Origin: Ascidiella aspersa
Lineage: Eukaryota
Reading direction: 5' to 3'
Assembly: GCA_963924565.1 (NCBI GenBank)
Contig: OZ004607.1
Span: forward strand, 5,456,001-5,520,000
DNA length: 64,000 nucleotides
Shown piece by piece: positions 50,048-63,827 of this stretch. The position numbers and the translations under genes are program-made. The stretch's first letter is position 1. Each line of letters starts with the position of its first letter. The notes under the pieces are model-generated. The model worked only from the letters and a program-made list of their open reading frames with translations. It ran no database searches and was not told where the DNA came from.

Positions 50048-52161
50048 GCCAGCATTACGACAAGTTGTAGCTCGCCCAGGTCGTATAAACATAAGGAAAG
50101 TGTTTAGAGGCCGTAAAACCGGACAGCGGCATCTCGTTTTGAGCCTTTCGTCCCTATGGTCTATATAACAGAAAGAAAGTTGCAACCTGCAAACTTTATA
50201 TGCGCCAACTTTAGTTAGAAACCGTTAAAAATGGATTTAAATAGACGTAAATCCGAAAATAGTAGCTTTTAAACGTTTATCGGCATGTTCGAGCAACAAA
50301 ACAGGCGCAAGTATTCAATTGGTGTTTCAGAGTTCTGTGTAGAACTGCCTAAACTAAACTGTAGTGCTCTGGTCTGGCCAACGTCGGCGCCTTATCACAC
50401 CAGTTGACACACAGCCAGTTTACATGGCCACTAGGAAACACCAAGCTCCCTTTATAACTTTAAGGCTCGGAAAAAGCTCCTTTTGAACCGACCACCTTTT
50501 TTTAAGAAAATACCATGGAACAAGCTTTTAAACTGGCCACACAAATCAGCCCCTACAGAGTTTATTGTTAATGTTCAATGATGTGTATTTGGTCTAAAGC
50601 TGTGGAATATTGTCCGAAACGTATTACACAACCTGAGCTATACAGCTTTCATATTCCTACGCTTTACTTTTTTTCGATAAAATTGTAGCGATAAACGAGT
50701 GTTTAAACCAATGTGACCCATGGGTTGTGACCCTCATTTTTAAGCATCTGACCATCAACAGCAGTTTGTAAGGTCGTCAAAGGATACGTCGACCAGACGT
50801 CGCAACAACACAGAACCGGAGAAAATGCGCAATAGGCGGACCGGCTAAAAATATCAATATTTGCCCGCTCGGCGACCCGGCCGACCCCGCGATGCGCCAA
50901 TATATAAAAGCGCGCTTTAATACACGCGATACCCCCCTCAAATCTAGAGGTTTCGCCCGGCACGGCAATCATTAATTGGCCGCTTTGAAATCGCGCTCAG
51001 ATCTCGCCGCCTTTCGAGCACTTGCGCCAACACGGCCCGGGCCTAAAACAAAGTTTGTTTTCTTGTTGATTCGCTCGCTCACGCGCGCTTGCTCATATGC
51101 GCCCAAATATTTGCCGTGGCCCGGAGCAGAACCACTGCTAAGCGATTGTTTCAAGTAATTGCGCCGCGTGCACCCCTTATCTCTGGGTTTGTCCAGGGCG
51201 TATGTGAGCTTCAAACAAGCCCTGCGCTCTAGGCGACAGTGATCTTTGCCTCCCCCCCCCCTCCCCTGAAAAAGACAACGCTTTCGCCCTATTCCAACTG
51301 TCCCTATACAATTTCGTTCATAGTAAATTATCCACTTTTTCCTTAATTATCCACTTTTCTGATATATAATTTACTAAACAAAAAAAAATCGCAAATCACG
51401 TCGCCTGTGGGAAAAAACCCGCCGGCAATGAACAGTCTCTTTTTTGTCGTTTGTTCGACGAACTTGTTTGTCGTGATGAGCTCGAATTAATAATGTAGAG
51501 GCGGTAGTGATGAAACGCGCGCCCTGGGGTCGAAATATTTAATCATCAAATATATTGGTATTGGAATGAATCACGTCGCTTATGTCTGGAAACGCGTGTG
51601 ATCTCATGTTATGCAACAAGAGAAATACCTTTTTTTCCCGTTCCGGTGAATTGTATGCTTGTTTAATTAACGTTAGTTGTTCCTGTTACTTTCAACATAG
51701 AGCGGGGTGCTGTTTTTTGACATAAAAACTAACTTAGGATTTTTTACTATCATTAAATATTTTTTTAATGACTGGATTTTGTCGTTGCATATACGGTTGG
51801 CTCGGGTTATTGATATTATTTCGCTTTTTGAATGTGATGACTAGAAGTAGAACATAACCCCAAACTGGGTTCAATCACGAACAACAATGTTTTTTTCTCT
51901 AGATGGCAAAAAGTAAAAAAGAAGAACACTAATTATACCAAATTTCCACCTTATACATAAAACACATTTTCTGTTGTTGTTCAACGAAAAATTGATTATC
52001 AGTATTTGTTTGACAAAATTGATTTCCTATATATATACTAAATAAATAAGAAGTTTTTTTGTTGTTTCAAATTGAGAAAATAAATGGGCTCCTTCACAAA
52101 TCAAAAATCTTCTCCGTTCATTAAGTTTCGAATTTTGGTTATTGTGCTCTAGGTCCTATAG

Positions 52162-52397
52162 CAGGGGTTCTTAAATTTTTTTACCGCCGACTTTCAGAAA
52201 ATATGCTGATGATTTAAGTAAAATCAAGTATAAATACGTTCAGTGCTAAAATGTTTTATATTTAATTAAGCTCCTTTCTTTAAAAGTATTATTATTTCTT
52301 AAATATGCATCAACATTTCAATTTGCCTTCATGGACCCCCTAAAGTTAGTTCACGTAGACCCAAAGGGGTCCATGGGCCACAGTTTAAAAGCCCCTG
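52162..52397. mobile_element. hAT MITE family C, internally deleted
   Basis: CAGGGGTTCTTAAA / TTTAAAAGCCCCTG; perfect TSD TCCTATAG. Confidence 0.9.
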
Positions 52398-52871
52398 TCC
52401 TATAGTGACTAGCCAACGTCGTGACTTAACCAGTTCCGTTTTCGCAACACATAGTAAACGCGCGCATGGGCGGCACGATTATTCTCGCCTAAAATGGCGG
52501 TAGAAATCGTACTCACGCGTCCAGTGTTCGTGTGCTACGCGTACATACGGACATAAAAGTGTGGGGGGCGTGCACACGCTACGACTACCCATACGTAATC
52601 GCCGCACACCCCTGCCCCGTTGCGATTAATCAGGGCCACGTCATTCAAGCCAGTCGTCCTTGTCATTTCACGGCTGCGGGATGTTGGCGATAAATCGTCG
52701 CGCCCATGTCGGCGCCCGCTGTATCGACGGACGCTCGTGTGTTGTCGCTGTTGCTGTTGTTCTGCCCGCTTGTTTACCCGGCTCGGAGGTCGGCACACTT
52801 GCCCTTTGCTGATACGCCGCGTCCTTTAGTTTGCCTGTGTCCCAATTTGGCGCGCTTACGATACTATAGTA

Positions 52872-53161
52872 CAGGGGTGGCCAACGTCGATCGCCACATT
52901 TCACCTGGTCGCTCGCGTCGAATACGTGTTACGTCATTACGCACAAGCGGACCATTAAAATGACCAATTGTTGTCTGGACAAGCCTAATAACAAAGTGTT
53001 CATTAACGTAACAGATTAACCTTCCATCGCTGGCTTGGAATGCAATCAATGCTCAAAATGTTTAATAAGTGTTTTTGTGACTTTTTTCCGATCCAGTCGA
53101 TCGAGAGACTCTAAAAAAATATCTCAGTCGATCGCAATCAAACATAAGTTGGCTACATCTG
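52872..53161. mobile_element. hAT MITE family E, full length
   Basis: CAGGGGTGGCCAAC / GTTGGCTACATCTG; perfect TSD CTATAGTA; subterminal CGATCG repeats. Confidence 0.9.
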
Positions 53162-56100
53162 CTATAGTACGTTGGTAGATCTGTAGCTGTTGTTGTGCTT
53201 TAGGGGGTCTCACCCCCGCCCCACCCCTTTACTCCCATCGCTTGCACGAAACCAAAACAACAAGGTCACAGCAAACTTCCCGGCGCCGAAGCCGTTCCGA
53301 TCAATCAGGCCTGTAGTAAATAACACCCGTCGACAGAATCGCGTGAATTTGCCTTTCGGGGCCACACGGCCTGTTTTAGACGTAAAACATTGGAAAGGTC
53401 CCTTTTTGCGTGTTGTGCGTTCACTGCATCGGGTAACTGCAGTCCTGCCAGTTGAGTTTTTTTCCTGGCGTTCGATTTACCATTGATACGATGTTCCTTG
53501 CTTAATTGACAACGCGGTGTTCTTTAGACATGATTAAGACCTCCAGGAGATTTCGAGTTCATCCAGCCCTTAGCGTCAGAAGGTTATCTCCAAAGTCGCG
53601 CACTGCGCCTGGCGCGGTTGTCAGTAATTAAGGCCGCGCAGCAGACAGATGTTGATAAGCTGTCGTGTCTTCAGTGATTTATAGGCGCCCGGGTCGGGGT
53701 CACCGGCGCCAACACGCGTACCCCCTGCGTTTTCAACCCACCCCTCCCCCACGCGCGATGTAAACTTAATGTTTTATGCATTGGCCGCCCCCTAGAAAGA
53801 TAAGGCTGTCGCTCGGTGCGCTCACATGCCCCGCGTTCGTTCGCGCGCGATAGGATCGTTTAAACATTCGATGAAATATTGAAAGTGCGCCCTCGCAAGC
53901 CCACCGACAGCCCTGCTTTTGTTTGAGCACACCAGTGCACGTAACAGGCACAGCGCAGGCCGTTATTGTTGTAGACTACACATTGGCCGCCCTTCGCGCG
54001 CGCGTATACACAAATGGAAGGTCGGCCGACTATCTGCTGATCTCATCTCGCTTCGCATTACGCATCTGCTCGCATTAGCCTTAACGCCGCCCTCCCGTTA
54101 AGCGAAATGCGCTAATTGTCCGACACAGTGATGCCTGTTGCTCTTGGCCGACGAGTATTTATCCCATTTCGACGCTTCCAAATTGCCAATTGTGATCCTT
54201 TCCGGGATGACGGCTCGATATGTCAAACAGTTGAAATTGCTTTCCGTTCGCCTTTACTGCATCGTTTCCAGTCGCCGACTGACGGCTTGATTGTTCAATA
54301 CGCGAGACACTTCGCAATCCGAAATGTCGCTTCGCCGCTTTATCGCCCGAATATCAGCTAATGCGTTGCGAAAATGAGCAACCTTGACAGCCACACGCAG
54401 CGCCACTATACTTAAGGAGCTTTAAATAACCCTCGTTTTGTGGTTCTGGAAAAGCGTTTTTTTAATAAGGCCCTCTGTCGAACCATCCTATATTTATCAG
54501 ATTCCAGGCAATTTCAAGGCTTTCTAAGTTTAATTTCCCCAAAATGACTAAACATACTGAACCGGCTTTCTGTTGTTTCTATATTAAGCACATATCATAA
54601 CGTTAGGTGTTAAGTGACACTGACTAAGCCGGATAAGATACAGTAAATAAAAAAACTAATGTTTATTGGGGACGAATAAGATGAGTAGACCGTCTTAGGC
54701 GGGGTCGGTCCCGCAGCAACCCCCCATCCCCCCGTCTAGAGTTACCAGCTTCAAAACTTGCCGCAGCAGAGATTGTCCAACAGTACCTTTTGCCATAGCG
54801 CGCTACAAGGCGACCAGCGCAGTGTTTTGGCCAATTCGTAGGAAAAATAAATCGAAGTAAATCGTAGGTGCGAAGAGGAGGCAACCGAATACGGGCCACA
54901 GGTGCGAGGGGCCACCCAGTCAGCGAGGTGCGCCACTCGGCGGCCATGATTTGCTGCGTCGTTACTGAGATCGCTGGTCAGATAAGGCGATTCGATATTT
55001 TGTCAATTTGGCCCGGCGCGCACGTTCTACACTGCCAAGGTGCCTTGTTGCAAACAGATGCCCTTTGCTCGCTGGTCTTTGTGCTGACTTTGCGGTGTTT
55101 TTTGCCTTTGCGTGGAGAAAATGCGTTTTTTAAATGGTTTTTGCTCATGGCAGCTGTCATCGCAGTAGCGGTTTTCCACGGTTAATATTTTCTTTAAAAA
55201 CAAATAAAACAAGACAGTCTGCGCAAGTATGAGACTAGTTAGACTGGTGTAAAATTTTATTTTCCTCATTAACCGTTTCGAATACCATTTGAATATTGTA
55301 TTCATCTTATACAACAGCACCTTTGTTGTGCGCGGCTGTAGAAAATGCATAATCGCTTGCACGTGTAATTTTGCCTGCAAAGCCGGACATTTAAACACTA
55401 GGGCGCGTATAGGAAACATCGCTTTCCTCGCCCCATTGTGGCGCCACAGTGGGACCTGTTTGTTACGTCACCAATCCGACACTATGACGTCAAAGTGGGC
55501 TGCCACGCGCACCTGGGTCTTAGCTGGGGGGATTAGCGATGCCCCTGCTTCGCGTTTTGCAGATTCGCAATGAGCTATCGATTTCACTTAAATAGTCTGC
55601 GATTTAATGAGCTGCGAACATTCGCTTGTTGTTCTGTTACGAAGATAGCTTTTGCAGAATAGCTTTTTGCGGTTCTAATTTGACAAAGGTAATTTGTTCA
55701 TCAGGTGATCTATTACGCTGTTTCGACGTCAATCAATTGCGAGCAAAAAAATATGGTAAGTCTTGCGGTTGCTTGTGCAAGCAGTAAAGCTTCGATTATA
55801 ATGATAAACGAGCAAGGTTTTACTATGGTGGACATATTCGAAACGACATAGAGCACCTGCGTACTGTCGGTGTTTTCTCTATTGAAGCTTCGATGCGAGT
55901 GACAATAATATCGCCGCTGTGCTGTATAGTAAAGCGTCCTGATTGAGATTGATGCTTAGTCCTATTACCGCGAACTTGGAGCGCTGGTCAGCACATTAAA
56001 CCCTCCGGCCGACGCGGCCTTTATTAAAAAAAAACGGGCCACCACCGACGCGGCGAAATCAAATCGGCGGTCAGCGAACGAAAATAAGGCCGTAAACCCC

Positions 56101-56876
56101 CCCAAGGGCCGGAAAAATTGCGCGAAAGGAATCGGGCCCGGTCCTATCTCGACAACAGATCTCGGAGCGGGCGAACGGCGCACCTGTGTGGCCGCCGTAT
56201 ACTGTTTCGTGTCGTCGCTGTTTTGATGTTTACCCGGTGCCTTTGCGGGCCCGCCGCCGCGGCCGAGTCGGCCAAGTTCGCGCTCCTTTGATTCCGCCGT
56301 TGGTCCCACATTCTTGCCGGCCCTGAAAAGTCTCATTAGACTCGCTGAGGCCGTGCTATGCCGGACGCTGCTGTTCGCTGACTTGCCGGGGCGATAGAGT
56401 TTGTTTAGCGTCGTTCGCCTGTTTACGATATAACCCTCGCGCGTTCAGATCAGGGTGCTCTGTTTGTCGCTTGTTGTTTTTTTGTTAATAACTTCCAGGA
56501 AAAGTTGGATTTCCACCTAGGAAAAGTTTGTCGACAGGTGCGCAACTGTAGCACGAACACTCGGATTTTAAATCAAATTTTTGTAAAGAAAATGGCACTG
56601 TTGAAATAAAACAAGCAGAAGACAAACTGGAGTGAGATTGAAACCCTTCGTTTTTGCTTTTTTCATAAAAATCAAGGCCGTATTTGATAGCAGCGTTTAT
56701 ACTTTTCAAAAAAGCATTTCAAATTAGTCAAAAGCGCCTCTACGGCTCAGATCGCCGCAGAAAATATTAGTCCCAGCTGCGCGCCTGTTATTGCATTGAC
56801 ATCGATTTTTCGCCATTTGCTTCGAATTGAAATTGCGTTCGAATTAACGCCAATGTTCTCTCTCTCCAACCCGCAG

Positions 56877-57108
56877 CCCTTCTTCCCACAAGAAGCACAT
56901 CCCGCCCGCAACCCCACAATGCCCAGCGAGCCCAACGCGGTCCACCCCAATCTGATGGGGGGCAACGCCTCGACGCCCATGGGTTCCTCAAACTCAGCGG
57001 GGAATCACCAGCACCAGCACCACCAGACCCCGTCGACCCACCACCCCCACTCACAGCAACCAACGCCCCAGCATCACCATCACGGCACCGAGAGCTCGAG
57101 CCCAACCG
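56877..57108 (+). CDS. Meis: Meis exon 7, His/Gln/Pro-rich linker (PFFPQEAH...HHHHGTESSSPT)
   Basis: Pyrimidine tract with ccgcAG acceptor; G|GTGAGT donor; phase 0 in and phase 1 out, exactly bridging exons 6 and 8; open reading frame with coding-like codon usage. Confidence 0.85.
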
Positions 57109-57802
57109 GTGAGTGTTTGTGCATTTTAGTTTATCGATTTGACGATGTTTTTTTGGGTGTTTTACAGTAAACTGTTCTACTGTAGGTTGTAAGGCTTTAG
57201 CATCGTTTTAAGCTATTTTTCGCCGGTTTGTTTTAACGAATTGGGTGCTTCATACTGGACGATGCAAGAGCTAGAGAAAAAATCTGATTCGAAGTCAATA
57301 AAACTAAGTTTTTAAAAGCAAACATTTTGCACTTGCTGTTGAACGGAACGCATTGCGTTTACCATGAATTAAAGCCGTGTTTGGAATGTAGAACTTTGAC
57401 ATAAAGTGGCTCTAGATTTGTGTGGCGAGATATTTGTCCCTCTTTTCTCCAACCGAAAAGAACACTCATATTACTCCGCGCGTTAACCTACATCTTTGAT
57501 CTTGGTCTCAAACAGTTTCCTGGCTTCCTGGAAAATCCGTTAATTGGCCTGTGCAGGGTTTAACTTGGCCCTAACTCACATAATATCGGGAGAAGGCGGC
57601 ACAAAAAGAACGCCATTCATAGCAGCTCGCCGCTAAAACGCCCTCTCTTATCGCACCGCTGCGATAATGTTTACGGCTGGACGTCAAACGGCGCTAAACA
57701 ACTTAAAACGCCGCTCTGTGATGTAACAGACACGCCGCGGCGCAAGGTACCTCGAAACGCGATCCAGTGTGTCTCGAATTTTTTACAAACCCCATTTTCT
57801 TT

Positions 57803-57965
57803 CCTTGGAGCATAATGGTTGGTGGTTGTATGAAGGCGTAATAAGAATAGAAAAGCCCATACGGAAGTCATGATGTTCATCAGCATGTTGAAAATGAATA
57901 AAGCATTATTCGAGACGTTCAAAATGATAGCTACTTCTGTATGAGCTTTGATATTCTTATTGCGT
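57803..57965. mobile_element. Family A fold-back copy in intron 7
   Basis: CCTTGGAGCATAATGGTTGG...GCCCATACGGAAGT and inverted arm GTTGAAAATGAATAA...CTTTGATATTCTTATT. Confidence 0.8.
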
Positions 57966-59206
57966 ATTTTTTTCTTCGTTTTGTACACTGTGAAGGCTAG
58001 GCACAAAACAAATGTTAAACGACCAAGAGTTGACGCGAAATTTTGATTGGCGCCCGTCCGGCACCTTGCCCATTAACCATTTACTGTCGGGTCGCTTAAA
58101 TTACGCTTTCGAGGCCATCGGGCTAAATTTTAATTGCGCTTCAAGCAACAGCACGAGCCCGCGTCCCCGCCATAACCCTGGCTCGACCGTTCGCCCTCAA
58201 CCGCCGTCCAATCCCGGCTGCATTAGCGAGTCGCCGTCGGAAGCCGTAGCCTTAGCACAGCAACAATGGCGAACGGGCGCGCGTGTTAAATCCATTAGCT
58301 GCAGCCGAGATAAAGTGTTAATGATCCCGGGAACTTGCCCGGCTCTCGGCGCGGATCGATCGGGCGAATCTCATTAGGGCCTCATATTAGCCGCCAAGCA
58401 TGGCAAGCGAAGCCGGCGAAGCGCCCAGCCGCTGCCCGGCCCATGTTAATCGATACTTGTACCAGTCGCGAGCCCGTGTACCTTAATTTACACTAAGTAC
58501 GCCCGCGCGCCGCGGATACCCCCTCCCCCCCAGCCGTCCGGCCAGCAGGGTGATTGAAAATCTCGCCCGGGTTTAAGCGCCGAAATTCGCTCGCCCCCCC
58601 ATTTCAACCACCACCGATGCTCCTAATGTCGCCGAACACCATTTCTGGTCGCGTTTCGTAATTTTCGCCCATTGTTTTTCCGAGGCGGAGGGTCTGGGGG
58701 GTTTAGTTCTCCGTGACAGGGGAGCATCTCATCTTCGCCTATGTCTAACCCTATCTCTCTCCTAAGACGCGCTGGACTATCACAGAAGTCGCGAATTTAC
58801 AGTGGCCCCTTAACGATCGAAATTCTTCCGCGTTTGGCGAATCATCGAATTCTCGCAATAGATTGAAATATTAAACATCACGCCGCTGCCCGGACAGCGC
58901 GCTTCGGGCGTTGGGCACATTTTCCCAATCTAATATCGAGGGGCGCAACGCAAACGGCAGCAAAACGAACCGCGATAATCATATACAGCGCGCAAAGTCA
59001 TAGGTGCTTCGATCGAGCGCGCGCGTCCAATCTCATTTGCCCAACAGGAACACTTTCGTCGGCCCGTCGGCGAAAATCCAATACAGCGGACGCGCTAAGG
59101 CTGCTTACCAGCAATAACATTTTGACAATATCATGCCGCGAATCGATGCGTCTGCCGGACGCGGCAAGGTACGGGGCTTGGGGGGGCTTTTGGGGGGAGG
59201 GGGTCG

Positions 59207-59216
59207 CTGTCAATCA
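59207..59216 (-). promoter_or_regulatory. Pbx-Meis/Prep composite site TGATTGACAG
   Basis: Exact decamer match inside a CpG- and TAAT-rich block of intron 7; motif match only. Confidence 0.35.
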
Positions 59217-62200
59217 ACCTGGTTGCCCTGCAACGGCCCTCGCACCCGGGTGAGGGGTCGCGATGCATTATTAGGCCCCCCTCGTGTTGTTATCCGCTCG
59301 GCGGAACATTCCTGAAATCGATAGCGGATGAATATTTCATGGGCGGCCGCTGGGCCCGCGCGTGTTTTCATCGGCGCGACTTCGTTTACAGATTTGCCAC
59401 GGGGGCGATTTTTCGCGGCGGCTCAATAAGACGCGGCTTTTATTGCCTGCGACTTATTTTCGAATCAAAAAAAGCTCGCAGTGAAAACCACCAGACCGCG
59501 CTTTAACGCAATTCGCAGCATTCCCAAAAGTGCTGCTCATAACTTGCGCGTGCCTTATAGAAGTCCACAGCCCCCATAACCATCGCGGGGCTTTCGGGGC
59601 TTAATAAGCGATCGCGTCGTGCTTCCAGCGGCGCGGCCCGCACCGTAATCGCATTACGAGCATGAGCCCGCGTTATATGGCTGGCGTATGCGCGCCACTG
59701 CCTTTGGGAATTGCCGGGTTGATGCTCGCGGCCAATTTTTATGGAATTCGCTCGGCTTTTTACACCGTGCGGCAGCAGCCAAGTCCCGGTCGGCCTTAAC
59801 GCGCCCGTAGCGGGAAGGTGGAGGGAAAGGAAAAAGCAAGGCCATTATCCCTTGCCCGGGTCTTTACGGCGCATTGCTCGCGGCCCGTATGATGGAATAA
59901 GCGGCCTAATGCGTCATAAGTCGAATGCAGCTCGCGCCCGGCTATTAATATTTCATCAGCAGCAGCACAATGGCGTTCTGTGCCTTTAGGAAGAGGCGCC
60001 GCCGCCTAAATAACGCTGCTGATAAGGACTCTGAGTCCTTGGCTTAGTTGCCTGCTTTGCTGGGTGCGTTATGCGGCAAGCGTCGGACTTATCAAACTCT
60101 GTCTCACCGCCTGCGTTTGTCGCGTCATCGCGTGTCGTGCACAAAAAAGCGACAGTTCTGTCGCTGTAGAACTGCAAAAAAAAGAAAAACATGCAGTCTG
60201 GTACCATGCGAAAAAATTCACGCAACATGGTACCAGTTTTTGGAGAATACTTGACAAACACACTAGCTTTGCTTGTATTTGATGTTGGATGCCTATAAAA
60301 AAGATTTACATTCAATTTCCTTCAACACTTCTTACAGTTTGTACAGTTTTATTCGTAAACCTATCCCAGTTGGGTTCATGGAAAAACACGAATTAACCAA
60401 ACTTCTCATTCCGGCATGTTTTGTCAAATAAGCATACTCGCACTTAACCGCGGCTTGTTTTTACCTGAAGTCAAACCACCCCTAAAGCAACACAATATGG
60501 CGGCTGTTCATTCCGACGTGCCACCATTTTGACCAAAGTCGCCCAGCAAGCGCTTATAAACAGTTGCCTCGGAAATCAAAACAATACTCAAACTTTTATT
60601 TTACTCGATTAAACGAAAGAAACTTTGTCGAAGTTGGTGCTCCATGGGTGTCCCAGCTTGTCTTGCAGCCCAGCGCCGCCCAGGAGACCTGTGCCTGGCT
60701 GGTTGGCCTGGCGCACTTTTGCCGTGATTAATTGTTTGTAGGCCGGCTGTAGCAGGAAGCTATCGGGGTTAGTGCTACAAGGGCTCGGCGCGCAATTCGT
60801 CCTAAACTTTTACCAACAATCGCCCGTTTGCCAGCAACCAGCCACGCGCGGCTTGCTAACATGGGCGCAGGCACGAGCGAGAAAACTTGCAAGCCGATTC
60901 CCCGTTTCCTGTTTTCGCGCCTTTACCCCCGTGCCAACAGTTGGCTTGTTTTACAGCTCTCGCGTTTGCCGGACTCGAGCACCGCGCGAACACTGTTCTG
61001 TTTTTCCTGGCGCGCGCCAACTCGACTTACACGCGTTTCTGTGATTGGCGGCGCGAAATGCGACACTCGTTTCTTCCGCGCCACAAAACATGTGCGCGCG
61101 AAAGTCGGCCAGGGACGCTTAGCTTTTAATGCTGCGAGCCTCATCGTACGAACAGGCTTGATAAATGCCATAGGCTGATTAAAATTATTTTTATACTTTA
61201 AAACTCGAGTAATCAATAGAACACGCTGTACGCTGGTGCAGGTTTATTTTGAAAAAACCTTACGCCCGTATAAATGTCGCCACTGGCTTCAGAACAAAAA
61301 TTTGCGCCATATTAAGAAACCTGAAACACCTGAAAATGTCAAAATCAAAATCATAATAGACAAACAAGGGAGGTAATTGTCACCAGGGCATGGAATTGGG
61401 AAGTCGCAGTTACGCATTAGTGCTTCTCAGTCCATCACAATCAAGTTCATCTACTCGCCAGCAACAATGTGCTTAATTGGCTTCTAATTGGCATTTTCTC
61501 TTCTTCTGTTAATTGCTCTTGCAGAGCGAGTTACTGTAGCTCTCGTGGTTTGAAATCGAAGTGCTGATTGACGTAAGGGCGGTTTGGGCGGGGCTGTTTG
61601 TCGACTTGTCTTGAGTGCTTACCTATGTGTGACGTCGGCGTTGTCAAATTCCGAATATACACTGGGGTTTTTTGTTCTTCCAATCGCAAGATCTGTTCGA
61701 TTGTGCGGTTCATTAAACTGATTTTTTGTAACTTATAAAAATTCTTCTTAAGATCATTAAGATTAAAAGCAGCGTGACACAACTAGGTGGATATCAAAAG
61801 AAAAAAAATTCCTATCCCAAATCGTAGCAAGCGGATTGCAGATTTCTGTCCCCTTGATGACGAGCTGTTAATTTGCAAGCAAAGCGATAATAAGGGGACT
61901 AAGGGCCGCTGTATTCGGGCGATTAGCCGCGGCTAATAAGCATTTCAACCGCGAACCGATAATGATCGATTAACCGGTCGCCTCTTAACACCGCTAACTA
62001 ACATCTGCCGATGCAACGGCTGACCGTCTCATCTACTCGTTGGGGGGGTTGGGATAGGGGGGGTGTCCTGGAGCTTTGTTACGACACAAATCGCGCTTTT
62101 AATCCCTTGTAAGGCGCGCTCTCCCCCGCTGGAGATTTGTTCGCCGCGTATTCCTTGGTTTATCGATCTTCGGGTAGGCGAGGACTTTCGGCCGCAGCCG

Positions 62201-63827
62201 GCGGCCATTCGGATTTGAAGCTGATTAATTAGGCTCCGGCTAGCAATTGCCCCGCGCGCGCAAAAAATGGGGGAAAACCAAGGATGAAAGGGCGCCACTG
62301 TGCGGATTCGCCGCAAGCGTAACGCGAGAAGGCGACGAATAATTTCGCGGTGATGTTTTTGGTTTGCAGTGAACTGTTCAAGCGCTTTGTTGATTCGCTT
62401 AAGTTCATACATTAAGGTATTATATATTGCCACCATATCGCTTTAATACTTTGGCCAATATTAATTTGATTACCGGGATGGCAATAAAAAACACAAATGC
62501 CGCTGGGTGGTATGCGGTTTGCTGTGGTCCTTTGTTTAAAAATTGTCTTGGTTTTTTCTGCCAATTGTTCCAAGATACTGAATAGGTTATACTTCTACTT
62601 CACTGCGAAAGATTAACAGAGTTGTAAAAAAACTCAGTGTATAGTGCTTAAAAAATATCGCAATTTTCGCAGCCCAACACCAGTGTAGAGCACAAGCATA
62701 AACAACATGATTTATCACCTTCCGCCCAAAAAAGAAAAGCATAAAGGGCTTCGGGATGACGAATCGCCAGAAGGTGATTGGCGCGCAGCAAGCCAATCGA
62801 TGCAATCCATCTTCCCGCCCGCAGCTGTGCCAGGCATGGGGGGACAGGGGGTGCACGGTCTAGGGGTGATTAGCTTTGGCTCGCCGGCCAAGCCGATTGC
62901 CATTACGCGGCGCCGGCCAGGGCTAAGGAATCGTGACGTCACCATGCGATTAATCAGGGACCCATAGCTCATGGCCATCTGCCCGGCTTGTCGTCGGCAT
63001 GTGCCACGACTCCCGCCCTCCCCCTATAGATTGATTGATTCACGCGTTTAAGCCTTTCGCGTTGTATCAAGTGTACAGTGTTAGTCATTGGAGAAAAGAA
63101 GATCGCGATATATTGGGCGGTGGTCTCCGACCTTTGTATTACCCGAACCCGATTTAAATAAACTGAAATCAGCGTTTACATGCGACCCAAGTGTGTTTTC
63201 AAATAAGTAACGCTCGAACTAAATGGCCCAAGCGATTGATTAATTATGTAGCGGCTGACCGTTCGCAACTCGCCTTGCTTGTATCTTTATGCAAGCTGAC
63301 AAAAAATCCACCTATAGTAGGGCTTCCAAGTTCGACTTCTCCGCATGAATTTAGCCCCGTCTTTTACGCTGTTTTTTACGAAGTTGTAGTTTATAATCTT
63401 GATCAATACCGATGGTGTTTGCGTGGCGCCTTTTCTTTTCACGAGTTGACGTATTAGGCTTGGGGAAACAGTCTGACTCAACACAGAGAATGCTATGGGT
63501 AAGGGTCATTGACCCCGGGGCCTATTAGATCACGGTTGTTGTTGTTTTGTTGTAGTTTCTCCTAACCCAAGATGTGCTTTCGTAGCTGTTATTATACACA
63601 GCTGGGGGTCGCCGCCACTTATTTTCCATTTATTAGATATTTATTTTTAAGAAAACTAATAAATGGGAACAACCAATACTCACGAAATAGGAAATGAAGT
63701 TTTAAAGTTGTTTAAGATCAAGAGTGTAGTCGCATGTAACAGCGAAATCATTTGTATTTCACACTTCATATTGAACATCAAAATAAATACTGTTTTTTCC
63801 CTTTTTAAATTTTAATATTTTTTAAAG

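Noticed and set aside
63503-63515. Perfect IR1 nuclear-receptor element GGGTCA-T-TGACCC
   Set aside because: Resembles the family C subterminal GGGGTCCATTGACCCC and is probably a MITE remnant.
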